Shown in pieces: positions 31,629-40,647 of a stretch of 64,000 bases of DNA. The position numbers and the translations under genes are program-made. This DNA is from an uncultured Armatimonadetes bacterium (lineage in GTDB: Bacteria; Armatimonadota; UBA5829; DTJY01): NCBI GenBank assembly GCA_963717145.1, contig OY970325.1, positions 1,536,001 through 1,600,000 on the forward strand, in the 5' to 3' direction. The number at the start of each line of letters is the position of its first letter. Within the stretch, counting starts at the first letter, position 1. Below the pieces are notes generated by a model. It saw only the letters and a program-made list of their open reading frames with translations. It searched no databases and was not told the DNA's origin.

Positions 31629-32129
31629 ATGAACTACAAGGGCAGATCGAGGGTTTCGCACATACAAGTGGCTTTGCTGGCGGCACTTGCGCTGATCGTT
31701 GCTGCCGCAGGCGCAGCACAAGCACTCCCGGCGCCGGTGATAGTGGACAACACAGATCCCGGTTTCTCAGCATCCGACAGGTGGCATCCGACGACCTTCG
31801 TTCCCGGCTATTACGGCACGAACTACCGTTACAGGGTAGCCGAGCCGGTAAACGATCCGGCGACCTGGGAGTATACCGTCCAGTCCACCGCCAACTACAA
31901 GGTCTACGCCTGGTGGCCGCAATGGTTTCCCCACACCAGTACGGCCCCCTATATCATCTACCACTCAGGCGGCTCGACAACCGTCTGGGTCAGCCAGCAG
32001 GTGAATGGCGCTCAGTGGAACCTGCTGGGCACATTCAACCTGAACGCAGGCGAGAACAGGATCCAGTTGTCATGCTGGACGACGACCGGCTACACAGTGA
32101 ACGCTGATGCGGTCAAGATCAGCCGGTGA
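31629..32129 (+). CDS. Secreted stand-alone golvesin/Xly-like domain protein
   Basis: SD aaggag; signal peptide then IVDN...YYGTNYR...VYAWW...ADAVK. Confidence 0.8.
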   Translation: MNYKGRSRVSHIQVALLAALALIVAAAGAAQALPAPVIVDNTDPGFSASDRWHPTTFVPGYYGTNYRYRVAEPVNDPATWEYTVQSTANYKVYAWWPQWFPHTSTAPYIIYHSGGSTTVWVSQQVNGAQWNLLGTFNLNAGENRIQLSCWTTTGYTVNADAVKISR

Positions 32130-32262
32130 GAGGAATTACGCAACCTGCCCGGCTGTCTGAGGCGGATGGGCGCGAGAAGAAGGGGGGTGGTAAGTGTCAC
32201 CTGTATGCCATTCAGCTCTGATCCGGATCATGCATTGTGAAATAGCAAGGAGGATTTGGTAA

Positions 32263-33282
32263 GTGAAGAAGTGTTTGACAATCGTACTAGTGATGGCATT
32301 CGCCCTGGCAGCCAGCTATGCGTTCGCAGGCGTGGCAGGCCAGAAGATCTGCATCGACCCGGGCCACGGCGGCTCCGACCCCGGCGCTGTAGGCAACGGC
32401 CTGCAGGAGAAGGTAATCAACCTCTCCATCGGCCAGAAGTTCCGCGACAAGGTGACCGCCGATGCCGCCACGCCGATCATGACCAGGAACAGCGACGTCT
32501 ATGTCAGCCTGCAAGGGCGCTGCGATGTCAGCAACAACAATGGCGCCAACCGGTTCATGTCCACTCACGTCAATGCGGGCGGCGGAACAGGAATCGAGAC
32601 GTACTCCTATTCGTCAACCGGCACAGGGGCCGATCTTCGCAACAAGGTCAACCCTGAGCTGGTTTCCCACATGGCGGCGGCCAACCGCGGCGTCAAGACC
32701 GCCGGCTTCTATGTGCTGGTAAACACCACCGCTCCGGCCATCCTGGGCGAAGTCCTGTTCATCGATACGGCCGCAGATGCAGCAAAGCTTGCACAGGACA
32801 GCTATCGAAACGAGGCAGCCCGCGCATACCTGCATGGTCTGCAGAGTCATTACGGCGAGGCTCCACACGATCCGGGCAGCGTTGCCGATATCATTATCGA
32901 CAACAGCAGCGGCTCGTTCTATGCATCGGCCTCATGGGCTACAGGCGCTTCGGGCGGGTACAATGGAAGCTACCGATGGAGATCCACGACCGCGATCAGC
33001 GATCCCGCTGTCTGGACGCCGAACATCACAGCTTCCGGAAGTTGGACTGTCTATGCCTGGTGGGTTCAGGGAGCGAATCGCTCGGCCACCGCTCCGTACA
33101 TCGTAAGCAATACGGGTGGCGACACCACGGTGTACAAGAATCAGCAGTCAGGCGGAAGCTCGTGGCAGAGCCTCGGCAGCTTCAATCTCGGGACCGGCAC
33201 CGGCTATCCCACCAAGTTGTCGTGCTGGACGACGACCGGCTTCGTAGTGGTCGCGGATGCGATCAAGTGGCATAAGAACTAA
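32263..33282 (+). CDS. N-acetylmuramoyl-L-alanine amidase (Amidase_3) plus golvesin-like domain, copy 1
   Basis: DPGHGG, QEK, STHVNA, ILGEV; signal peptide. Confidence 0.93.
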   Translation: MKKCLTIVLVMAFALAASYAFAGVAGQKICIDPGHGGSDPGAVGNGLQEKVINLSIGQKFRDKVTADAATPIMTRNSDVYVSLQGRCDVSNNNGANRFMSTHVNAGGGTGIETYSYSSTGTGADLRNKVNPELVSHMAAANRGVKTAGFYVLVNTTAPAILGEVLFIDTAADAAKLAQDSYRNEAARAYLHGLQSHYGEAPHDPGSVADIIIDNSSGSFYASASWATGASGGYNGSYRWRSTTAISDPAVWTPNITASGSWTVYAWWVQGANRSATAPYIVSNTGGDTTVYKNQQSGGSSWQSLGSFNLGTGTGYPTKLSCWTTTGFVVVADAIKWHKN

Positions 33283-33567
33283 CCGCTATACCTAACATCC
33301 CGGGGAGACCGGAGTCTCCCCGGGGTCATCTGCCTTAGTCTGACTCAAGCGTCTGCGGCAGGTGATCCGCGGTGATACGGCCCAGTACTTTGAAAACGGT
33401 TCTTCACTTACCAGTGGCAGGGAAGCCAACAGTCAGAAGTGCCTGCTGACAGCGACACTCTCGCCAGCAGACAATCCCTCATGAGAGGAGGCGATGGGCA
33501 AGGCAGAAGATGGTAAGCCGTAGTATTCCCGTACAGAGCAGTACATTACGCAAAGGAGGAATCGCAA

Positions 33568-34590
33568 GTGAGAAAGGTACTAACAATCGTATTGGCCATG
33601 GCATTCGTCCTGGCCGCCAGTTGCGCCTTCGCGGGCGTGGCGGGCCAGAAGATCTGCATCGACCCGGGCCATGGCGGCTCCGACCCCGGGGCGGTAGGCA
33701 ACGGCCTCTACGAGGATAACATCAACCTCGACATCGGCAACAGGATGTACAGCCTGTTTGTAGCAGACGGTGCTACCACAACAAGGACTCGTTCGACCGA
33801 CGTCTATGTGTCCCTCCAGGGACGCTGCGACGTTTCGAACAACTTCGGCGCCAACAGGTTCGAGTGCACGCACTGCAACGCGGGTGGCGGCGTAGGGACT
33901 GAGACGTTCTCGTACTCGTCCACCGGGACGGCGGCTGACCTCAGGAACCGCGTCAATCCTGAGATCGTCGCCCATATGGGGACAACGAATCGCGGCGTGA
34001 AGACCGCTGCCTTCTACGTGTTGGTGAACACAACCGCCCCCGCCATCCTTGGCGAGGTCGCGTTCATCGACAACGCTGGTGACGCCGCCAAGCTGGGCAA
34101 TGCCACCTATCGGCAGGAAGCGGCCCGCGCATACCTGCACGGCACGCAGTCGCACTACGGTGAGACACCGCACGATCCGGGCGGCGGTGTTCCCGATATC
34201 ATCATCGACAACAGCAGCGGCTCGTTCTCGTGCTCGGCAACATGGGCTACCGGCACTTCCGCCGGCAAGTATGGCGCTGACTACCGCTGGAGAAGCACTG
34301 CCGCGGTCAGCGATGCTGCTACATGGACCCCGAACATCATCTCCGCAGGGGCCTACACCGTCTACGCATGGTGGGTTGCAGGCGCAAACCGCTCGGCGAA
34401 CTCCGCCTATCAGATTCACACCACTGGTGGAGACACCAACGTGTATGTGAATCAGCAGGCAAACGGCGGCGCGTGGGTCAGTCTCGGCAGCCACAGTCTT
34501 GCCACAGGCGGCGCCTGGGTCAAGAAGAGCTGCTGGGCGACGACCGGCTTCGTCGTTGTCGCAGATGCAGTCAAATGGCATAAGAACTAG
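33568..34590 (+). CDS. Amidase_3 plus golvesin-like domain, copy 2
   Basis: DPGHGG, YED, CTHCNA, ILGEV. Confidence 0.93.
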   Translation: MRKVLTIVLAMAFVLAASCAFAGVAGQKICIDPGHGGSDPGAVGNGLYEDNINLDIGNRMYSLFVADGATTTRTRSTDVYVSLQGRCDVSNNFGANRFECTHCNAGGGVGTETFSYSSTGTAADLRNRVNPEIVAHMGTTNRGVKTAAFYVLVNTTAPAILGEVAFIDNAGDAAKLGNATYRQEAARAYLHGTQSHYGETPHDPGGGVPDIIIDNSSGSFSCSATWATGTSAGKYGADYRWRSTAAVSDAATWTPNIISAGAYTVYAWWVAGANRSANSAYQIHTTGGDTNVYVNQQANGGAWVSLGSHSLATGGAWVKKSCWATTGFVVVADAVKWHKN

Positions 34591-34740
34591 GCCACGTCCA
34601 TGATCCGGGGAGACCTGGCTCTCCCCGGATCCATTGCCGGGGGATGGATACCAAACTGACCCAGCCTACCTCCGAAGCAGAGTAAGCAAGTGCACTAGCA
34701 GTAGGACAAACCGTTTGAACTCAAAAGGAGGGTTTGGTAA

Positions 34741-35774
34741 GTGAACAAAGCTCTAACAGTCGCATTGGTAGCGCTCTTCGTGCTCTCGGCCACCTGCGCA
34801 TTCGCAGGCGTGGCGGGCCAGAAGATCTGCATCGACCCGGGCCATGGCGGCTCGGATCCCGGCGCCGTGGGCCAGGGGCTCCAGGAGAAGACGATCAACC
34901 TCGATATCGGTTTGAGGATGCGGATCTGTTCAACCTGGACGCAGCTTCTACGAACATGACTCGAACTACCGACGTCTACGTCACCTTGCAGGGTCGCTGC
35001 GACATCGCCAACAACTGGGGCGCGAACAGGTTCATCTGCAACCACAACAACGCCCACGCTGACACCACGGCGAACGGCACGGAGACGTTCTCCTACTCAG
35101 GCACCGGGACGGCTGCGGACTTGCGCAACAAAGTCAACCCTGAGATCGTCGCACATATGGGCACCACCAACAGGGGTGTGAAGACCTACGGCTTCTACGT
35201 CCTTGTCAACACCAACATGGCGGCCATCCTGAGCGAGACGGCCTTCATCACGAACCCCGCCGATGCCGCCAAGCTCGGCAATCCGGCCTACCGCCAGGAA
35301 GCGGCCCGCGCACACCTGCACGGCACTCAGAGCCACTACGGCGAGGCCCCACACGATCCGGGCAGCGTTGCCGATATCATCATCGACAACTCCAGCGGCT
35401 CGTTCTCCGCATCGGCCAACTGGTCTACCGGCACAATGTCCGCTGACAAGTACGGCGCGGACTACCGCTTCCGCAGCACCGCCGCGACCAGCGATCAGGC
35501 AACATGGACGCCGAACATCACGGCTTCCGGTAGCTGGACCGTCTACGCCTGGTGGACAGTCGGCGCGAACCGCTCTGCGAACTCCGCCTACGCCATCACG
35601 CACTCGGGAGGCACCACTTCCGTATACGTGAACCAGCAGGTCAGCGGCGGCGTTTGGAACAGCCTCGGCGCCTTCACCCTCGGGACGGGCACCGGGTTCC
35701 CGACGCGCAAGTCCTGCTGGGCGACCACCGGCTTCGTCGTCGTTGCCGATGCGGTCAAGTGGCATAAGAACTAA
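34741..35774 (+). CDS. Amidase_3 plus golvesin-like domain, copy 3; apparent 1-nt deletion near 34922
   Basis: Adding one G gives GLRMRDLFNLD (copy 4 has SLRFRDLLTLD); CNHNNA, ILSET. Confidence 0.88.
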
Positions 35775-36042
35775 CCTGCCAGAGTCAGTGATCCGGGGGA
35801 ACTGCGGTCTCCCCGGATCGGTCTTCCCGCGCCCGACTCTCGCGGGTGCACACCAAACTAGCCCAGCCTACCTCCAACGGCTGCAAACCTGGAATGACGC
35901 AACTTGCGTAGCTCGAATGGCTGGTGTCATGGTTGACTGATCGCTCAACAGAAGGAGGTGATCTCCAAGCATATCGACGCTAATGAGGCAAGTGCACCAC
36001 CAGTAGGAAACAGAAGTTCCAATTCAAAGGAGGGTTTGGTAA

Positions 36043-37074
36043 GTGAGAAAGCTACTAACGTTCGCTCTAGTTCTGTCTCTGTCGTTCCTGCTCGCGACAG
36101 GAGTGTTTGCCGCGCTGGCAGGACAGAAGATCTGCGTTGACCCCGGCCATGGCGGCTCCGACCCGGGCGCGGTCGGCCAGGGACTGCAGGAGAAGTCGAC
36201 CAACCTCGACATCAGCCTTCGGTTCCGCGATCTGCTTACGCTCGATGCCGCTACGCCGATCATGACCCGATCGACGGATGTATATGTGTCGCTCCAGGGT
36301 CGATGCGACGTCGCGAATAACAACGGCGCAAACAGGTTCGAGTGCTCCCACTGCAACGCCTTCAACGGCACTGCAAAGGGCACGGAAACCTTCTGCCACC
36401 CGAACGAGACCACCACCGGGTACGACCTGCGCAACAAGGTCAACCCGGAAATGGTCGCCCATATGGGCACGGTCAACAGAGGACTGAAGACTAACACCTT
36501 CTACGTCCTTGCCAACACCAACATGGCCGCCATCCTCTGCGAGGTCGCATTCATCGACAACGCCGAGGATGCCGCCAAGCTCGCACAGGCCAGCTATCGC
36601 CAGGAAGCAGCCCGCGCATACCTGCACGGCACGCAGAGTCATTACGGCGAAGCGCCGCACGATCCTGGTGTTGCCGACATCATCATCGACAACACCTCCG
36701 GGTCGTTCTCCGTTGTCGGAGCCTGGTCTACCGGTACGAGTGCCGGAAAGTACGGCACGGACTATCGGTGGAAGAGCACTGCGACATCGGACAGCCCGGC
36801 CACCTGGACGCCGAACATCACAGCGTCCGGGAGCTGGCAGGTCTATGCATGGTGGGTGCAGGGAGGCAACCGCTCCAACAACTGTGCCTACAAGGTGACC
36901 AACACCGGCGGCACGACGAGCGTGTATGTCAACCAGCAGGCCGGTGGAGGCGCGTGGAACAGCCTTGGCGCCTTCAACCTGAATACCGGGACGGGCTATC
37001 CTGTTCAGCTCTCCAACGTGGCTACCACGGGATTCGTCGTGGTTGCAGACGCTATCAAGTGGCATAAGAACTAG
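36043..37074 (+). CDS. Amidase_3 plus golvesin-like domain, copy 4
   Basis: DPGHGG, QEK, CSHCNA, ILCEV. Confidence 0.93.
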   Translation: MRKLLTFALVLSLSFLLATGVFAALAGQKICVDPGHGGSDPGAVGQGLQEKSTNLDISLRFRDLLTLDAATPIMTRSTDVYVSLQGRCDVANNNGANRFECSHCNAFNGTAKGTETFCHPNETTTGYDLRNKVNPEMVAHMGTVNRGLKTNTFYVLANTNMAAILCEVAFIDNAEDAAKLAQASYRQEAARAYLHGTQSHYGEAPHDPGVADIIIDNTSGSFSVVGAWSTGTSAGKYGTDYRWKSTATSDSPATWTPNITASGSWQVYAWWVQGGNRSNNCAYKVTNTGGTTSVYVNQQAGGGAWNSLGAFNLNTGTGYPVQLSNVATTGFVVVADAIKWHKN

Positions 37075-37222
37075 CTGGTCACATACGTATTCGGGGAGAG
37101 TTCGCTCTCCCCGAGTATCCATTCAGTCTCATACCCAGTGCCAATCGAAAGGTGGTGGTCCGCAAGCACACGGTAGGCACATCCGAAGTACAACAATGTC
37201 ACTACACAAGGAGGATTCGGTA

Positions 37223-37846
37223 ATGAAGAGAGCACTGACATTCGCATTGCTGGTGCTGTTCGTCCTGGCCGCAACCAGCGTATACGCCGGCCTGGCCGGG
37301 AAGAAGATCTGCATAGACCCAGGCCACGGCGGATCCGACCCAGGCGCTGTGGGCCAGGGTCTGCAGGAGAAGACGGTCAATCTGCAGATCACCAACAAGC
37401 TCTACACCAAGCTGATCGCCGACGGCGCTTCCTGTCAGAGAACGCGCTCGACGGATGTGTATGTGTCCCTGCAGGGACGCTGCAACATCTCGAACAACTA
37501 CGGAGCCGCGAGGTTCGTCAGTTCCCACTGCAACGCGTTCGACGGCAGCGCGCACGGCACGGAAACGTACTGCTACAGCGGTGGCAGCACCAATTCCTAC
37601 GATCTGCGCAACAAGACCAACCCGGAGTTGGTTGCCCACATGGGCACCACCAACAGGGGCGTTAAGACCGCCAGCTTCTACGTGCTGGTGAACACGAGCG
37701 CCCCGGCGATCCTCGGCGAGGTCGCGTTCATCGACAACGCCGGTGACGCCGCCAAGCTCGGCAGCGACACCTATCGGGGCTACGCAGCCCGAGCATACAT
37801 GCACGCACTGCAGAGCCACTACGGTGAGACTCCGCACGGCACCTAG
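37223..37846 (+). CDS. Amidase_3, copy 5, catalytic domain only
   Basis: SD aaggagg; DPGHGG, QEK, SSHCNA, ILGEV; stops at HYGETPHGT where paralogs continue. Confidence 0.92.
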   Translation: MKRALTFALLVLFVLAATSVYAGLAGKKICIDPGHGGSDPGAVGQGLQEKTVNLQITNKLYTKLIADGASCQRTRSTDVYVSLQGRCNISNNYGAARFVSSHCNAFDGSAHGTETYCYSGGSTNSYDLRNKTNPELVAHMGTTNRGVKTASFYVLVNTSAPAILGEVAFIDNAGDAAKLGSDTYRGYAARAYMHALQSHYGETPHGT

Positions 37847-37969
37847 TCGTGGCTGAGAGTATCGAATGATCCGGGGGCGCTCCGCCCCCGGATCCCCTCA
37901 GACGAATGTATCCTTGCAGGGGGCCGTGCGCCATCCGTAGAACTGCTCTACTACAAGCAGTGAAGAGGA

Positions 37970-39007
37970 GTGAAAGACTTGAAGAGACTCACCATCACGA
38001 TCCTGAGCGTTCTGTTCCTCACATCCATCGTTCTCGCCGAAGAGATCAAGATACCGATTGATGAAGGCGGAAAAGTAGCCAATCCGCCGGCAAGTCTCCA
38101 ACTCGAGTACAAGTTCAAGGTCGGCGAGTACCGCAGGTACGACATGGTCATGATTGGCGAGGGGCACGTACTGCTACCCGGCCAGACGGAGAAGTCCAAG
38201 CTCGAGGCAAGAAGCGAATTCACCTTTGCGCAGCATTGCGATGCTTACGTGCCCAAAGACGGCATCTGGCGCATGGAATGGGACATGATCAGAGGTGTGC
38301 TGAACCTTCCTGAGTTCGGGGAGATAACACTCACTATCCCGTCACTGCAGTTCGAGATCGACAAATACGGCAAGATCAGCAAGGTCATGGGACTCGAGGA
38401 ACTAGCCGTGGCGCCCGGCCTGCCTCAGCAGGACAGCATGGCGAAGACCCTCAGCCAACTCACTGCGCTCGGATTCCCGAAGAAGGAACTGAAGGTAGGA
38501 GACACCTGGGAACAGGAATACAAGATTGAGATCAAGGACCAGGAACCTGTGATGATGAAGACCACATCCAAGCTCCTCGGGTACGAGATCATGGACGAAG
38601 CTGATTGCGCCATCATCGTCACAACATACGAGACACCATTCAAGCTCACCGACAAGCCGGCCGCGGATGAGGAATCGAAACCCGCGGGCGCGGGCGATGC
38701 GACGGAGACAGATAAGGAAACGCCCACGGTCCTCACCGGTATTGAGAAAGGCGAGTTTACGGTTCATTTCGCCTACACGGAAGGCAAGATCATGCGTACC
38801 AACGGGATTCTCGAAGTCACAGCCGACCCGGAGGGCAAGAAGGCTTCCGCCATCGAGATCCCGATTCCGAAGGACGCATCTCCTGAGGTCGCCGCCGAAC
38901 TCAAGGCCGAGAATGAGAAAGCCAAGCACGACATCAGAATCAAGTACACCATGACGTCCGTTTTCAACCCAAAAATGCCCGAATCAGCAGTGGAGAAGCC
39001 CAAATGA
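37970..39007 (+). CDS. Secreted beta-rich hypothetical protein
   Basis: Signal peptide; LEYKFKVG and FPKKELKVGDTW motifs. Confidence 0.6.
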   Translation: MKDLKRLTITILSVLFLTSIVLAEEIKIPIDEGGKVANPPASLQLEYKFKVGEYRRYDMVMIGEGHVLLPGQTEKSKLEARSEFTFAQHCDAYVPKDGIWRMEWDMIRGVLNLPEFGEITLTIPSLQFEIDKYGKISKVMGLEELAVAPGLPQQDSMAKTLSQLTALGFPKKELKVGDTWEQEYKIEIKDQEPVMMKTTSKLLGYEIMDEADCAIIVTTYETPFKLTDKPAADEESKPAGAGDATETDKETPTVLTGIEKGEFTVHFAYTEGKIMRTNGILEVTADPEGKKASAIEIPIPKDASPEVAAELKAENEKAKHDIRIKYTMTSVFNPKMPESAVEKPK

Positions 39008-40062
39008 AACTAGGAATGAACCGATTTGCACGAATTGCTCTGGTCTCAGTCTTGATCGCGTCAGTCTCCGCCGGCGCCGCGATGGCGGTCCAACTCGGAG
39101 AGGGAACCAAGCTCGGGCTCAACGGCAGTTTCATGTCGCCGATATGGTCGCCTGACGGCAGGGGACTTGCTCTGGCCGGGGAGAAATACGACGGCCTGTA
39201 CACCACAGATCTCTTCGGCAACATGCAGCTTGTCACAGACGCTCCACTGGCCGGATGGAAGCCGAATTGGTCCCCGGATGGGCAGTATCTTGCTTTCCGC
39301 AGCAGGGATGAAGTCGGCATGGGGATGAGGCTCAATGTCGCGGGGCCCGACGGCAAGACCAAGCAGATCTCCCCCACCCTCAACGATCTCTTCCCAGGCA
39401 CCTGGGGCAAAGATGGGCTCAACTACCGTTCCGGCGACGAGCTGATCACTGTGAACGAGAAGGGCGAGGTTGTGAGAACCTACAGCCTGTCGCAGGGACG
39501 AGGAATGCTGGCAAGAATAGCCGGCGTGGCCGGGTCAATGATGATGGGCCAGGTCACCGGGTCTACGTTCACTGCGCTCGGCCTGCTCCTGCCCTCTCAG
39601 TCGGCAGACGGGTTGCCAGCCGAGAGCGGGATCTACACCGACCCGGACAACCAGATCTGGATTGTCGACAAGGATGGCAACAAGAAGAAGCTGCTCGATA
39701 TGGAAGATGAACCGGCGGGGTACTTCAACCCTGTAGAGTCGAAGGACGGCGATTATGCGGTGTCGGGCATGAGCGGCAATCTGTATGTGACCGATCCTAC
39801 AACGGGCAAGACCACGGAGCTGGGCGTCGGCTCCAATCCCACCTGGTCGCCGGATGGCAAGTACCTGATATTCGAGCGTACCACGGATGATGGCAATGAG
39901 ATAACCTCCGGGGACCTCTGGATGGCCAGCGCAGATGGCACCTTCATGCAGCAGTTGACCAATACCACGGAGATCGAGACACAAGCGTCATGGTCCCCGG
40001 ACGGTCAGTGGCTGGTTTACGTGGTGGACGGGGTAGTCACTCTCGCCCCGGTGCAGCCGTAG
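39004..40062 (+). CDS. Secreted TolB-like (PD40) beta-propeller protein
   Basis: Four WSPDG motifs; ATGA overlap with upstream gene. Confidence 0.85.
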   Translation: MKLGMNRFARIALVSVLIASVSAGAAMAVQLGEGTKLGLNGSFMSPIWSPDGRGLALAGEKYDGLYTTDLFGNMQLVTDAPLAGWKPNWSPDGQYLAFRSRDEVGMGMRLNVAGPDGKTKQISPTLNDLFPGTWGKDGLNYRSGDELITVNEKGEVVRTYSLSQGRGMLARIAGVAGSMMMGQVTGSTFTALGLLLPSQSADGLPAESGIYTDPDNQIWIVDKDGNKKKLLDMEDEPAGYFNPVESKDGDYAVSGMSGNLYVTDPTTGKTTELGVGSNPTWSPDGKYLIFERTTDDGNEITSGDLWMASADGTFMQQLTNTTEIETQASWSPDGQWLVYVVDGVVTLAPVQP

Positions 40063-40612
40063 AGTGCTGCTCGGTGGCGGCTCGCGGCTTCTCCAAGCTC
40101 GACCCGTTCACGGGTTTCGCCCTACCGGAATCCTTTGGCGGAGATGGGGAGGAACTGCTTCGCTCGGCGGCGTTCGGCGGATTGGACTCCCCTACCCCGG
40201 CCGGCGGTTGCTTTTCTGTTCCGTCGAGGGTGATCGTCAGCCCGTTCTCGTCGGCACGGATGTCATTGCCCGCTTCGGCCGGCGTGCTCTGAGACGGCTC
40301 AGCGGAGGAGGAAGGACCATCCGCTCCATCCTCCGTCACCTCGAGCTTGATGTCCGGCCCATTGACCTTTGCTTCTTCCTGGGCAGGCAAGCGGCTCTCA
40401 TGAGCAGGCGTGTAGGCCGACGCGGCATCGGGCGGCTTGGCTTCCCGGTGAGATGATCCCCACCAGGGTCCGATGAGGAACAGCCCGACGGTGAAGGCTG
40501 CGGCAAGCAGCAGGAAGCCCAGCACGCCGAAGATCTTCATGCGGGCATCGATATTGCGATCCCTGGGGCGAAGCGGTCTGTTGGTACTCTGAATAGCCAT
40601 ACGAATCCCCAT
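40037..40612 (-). CDS. Membrane-anchored protein with low-complexity tail
   Basis: Single TM helix then Pro/Ser/Glu-rich sequence. Confidence 0.55.
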   Translation of the reverse strand: MGIRMAIQSTNRPLRPRDRNIDARMKIFGVLGFLLLAAAFTVGLFLIGPWWGSSHREAKPPDAASAYTPAHESRLPAQEEAKVNGPDIKLEVTEDGADGPSSSAEPSQSTPAEAGNDIRADENGLTITLDGTEKQPPAGVGESNPPNAAERSSSSPSPPKDSGRAKPVNGSSLEKPRAATEQHSTAAPGRE

Positions 40613-40647
40613 AGAATAATACGATACCGACGCCCGATTTGTTGCGC

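Noticed and set aside
34900-34940. Programmed frameshift or phase variation in amidase copy 3
   Set aside because: No slippery heptamer or long repeat tract; same pattern as the other probable sequencing deletions
37120-37222. c-di-GMP-I riboswitch-like GAAA hairpin before amidase copy 5
   Set aside because: Lacks the GCAAAC and GCAAAG consensus arrangement; cannot be supported without an Infernal search
32263-37846. Diversity-generating retroelement or prophage lysis cassette
   Set aside because: No reverse transcriptase, template repeat, holin or phage genes; divergence is spread across whole genes
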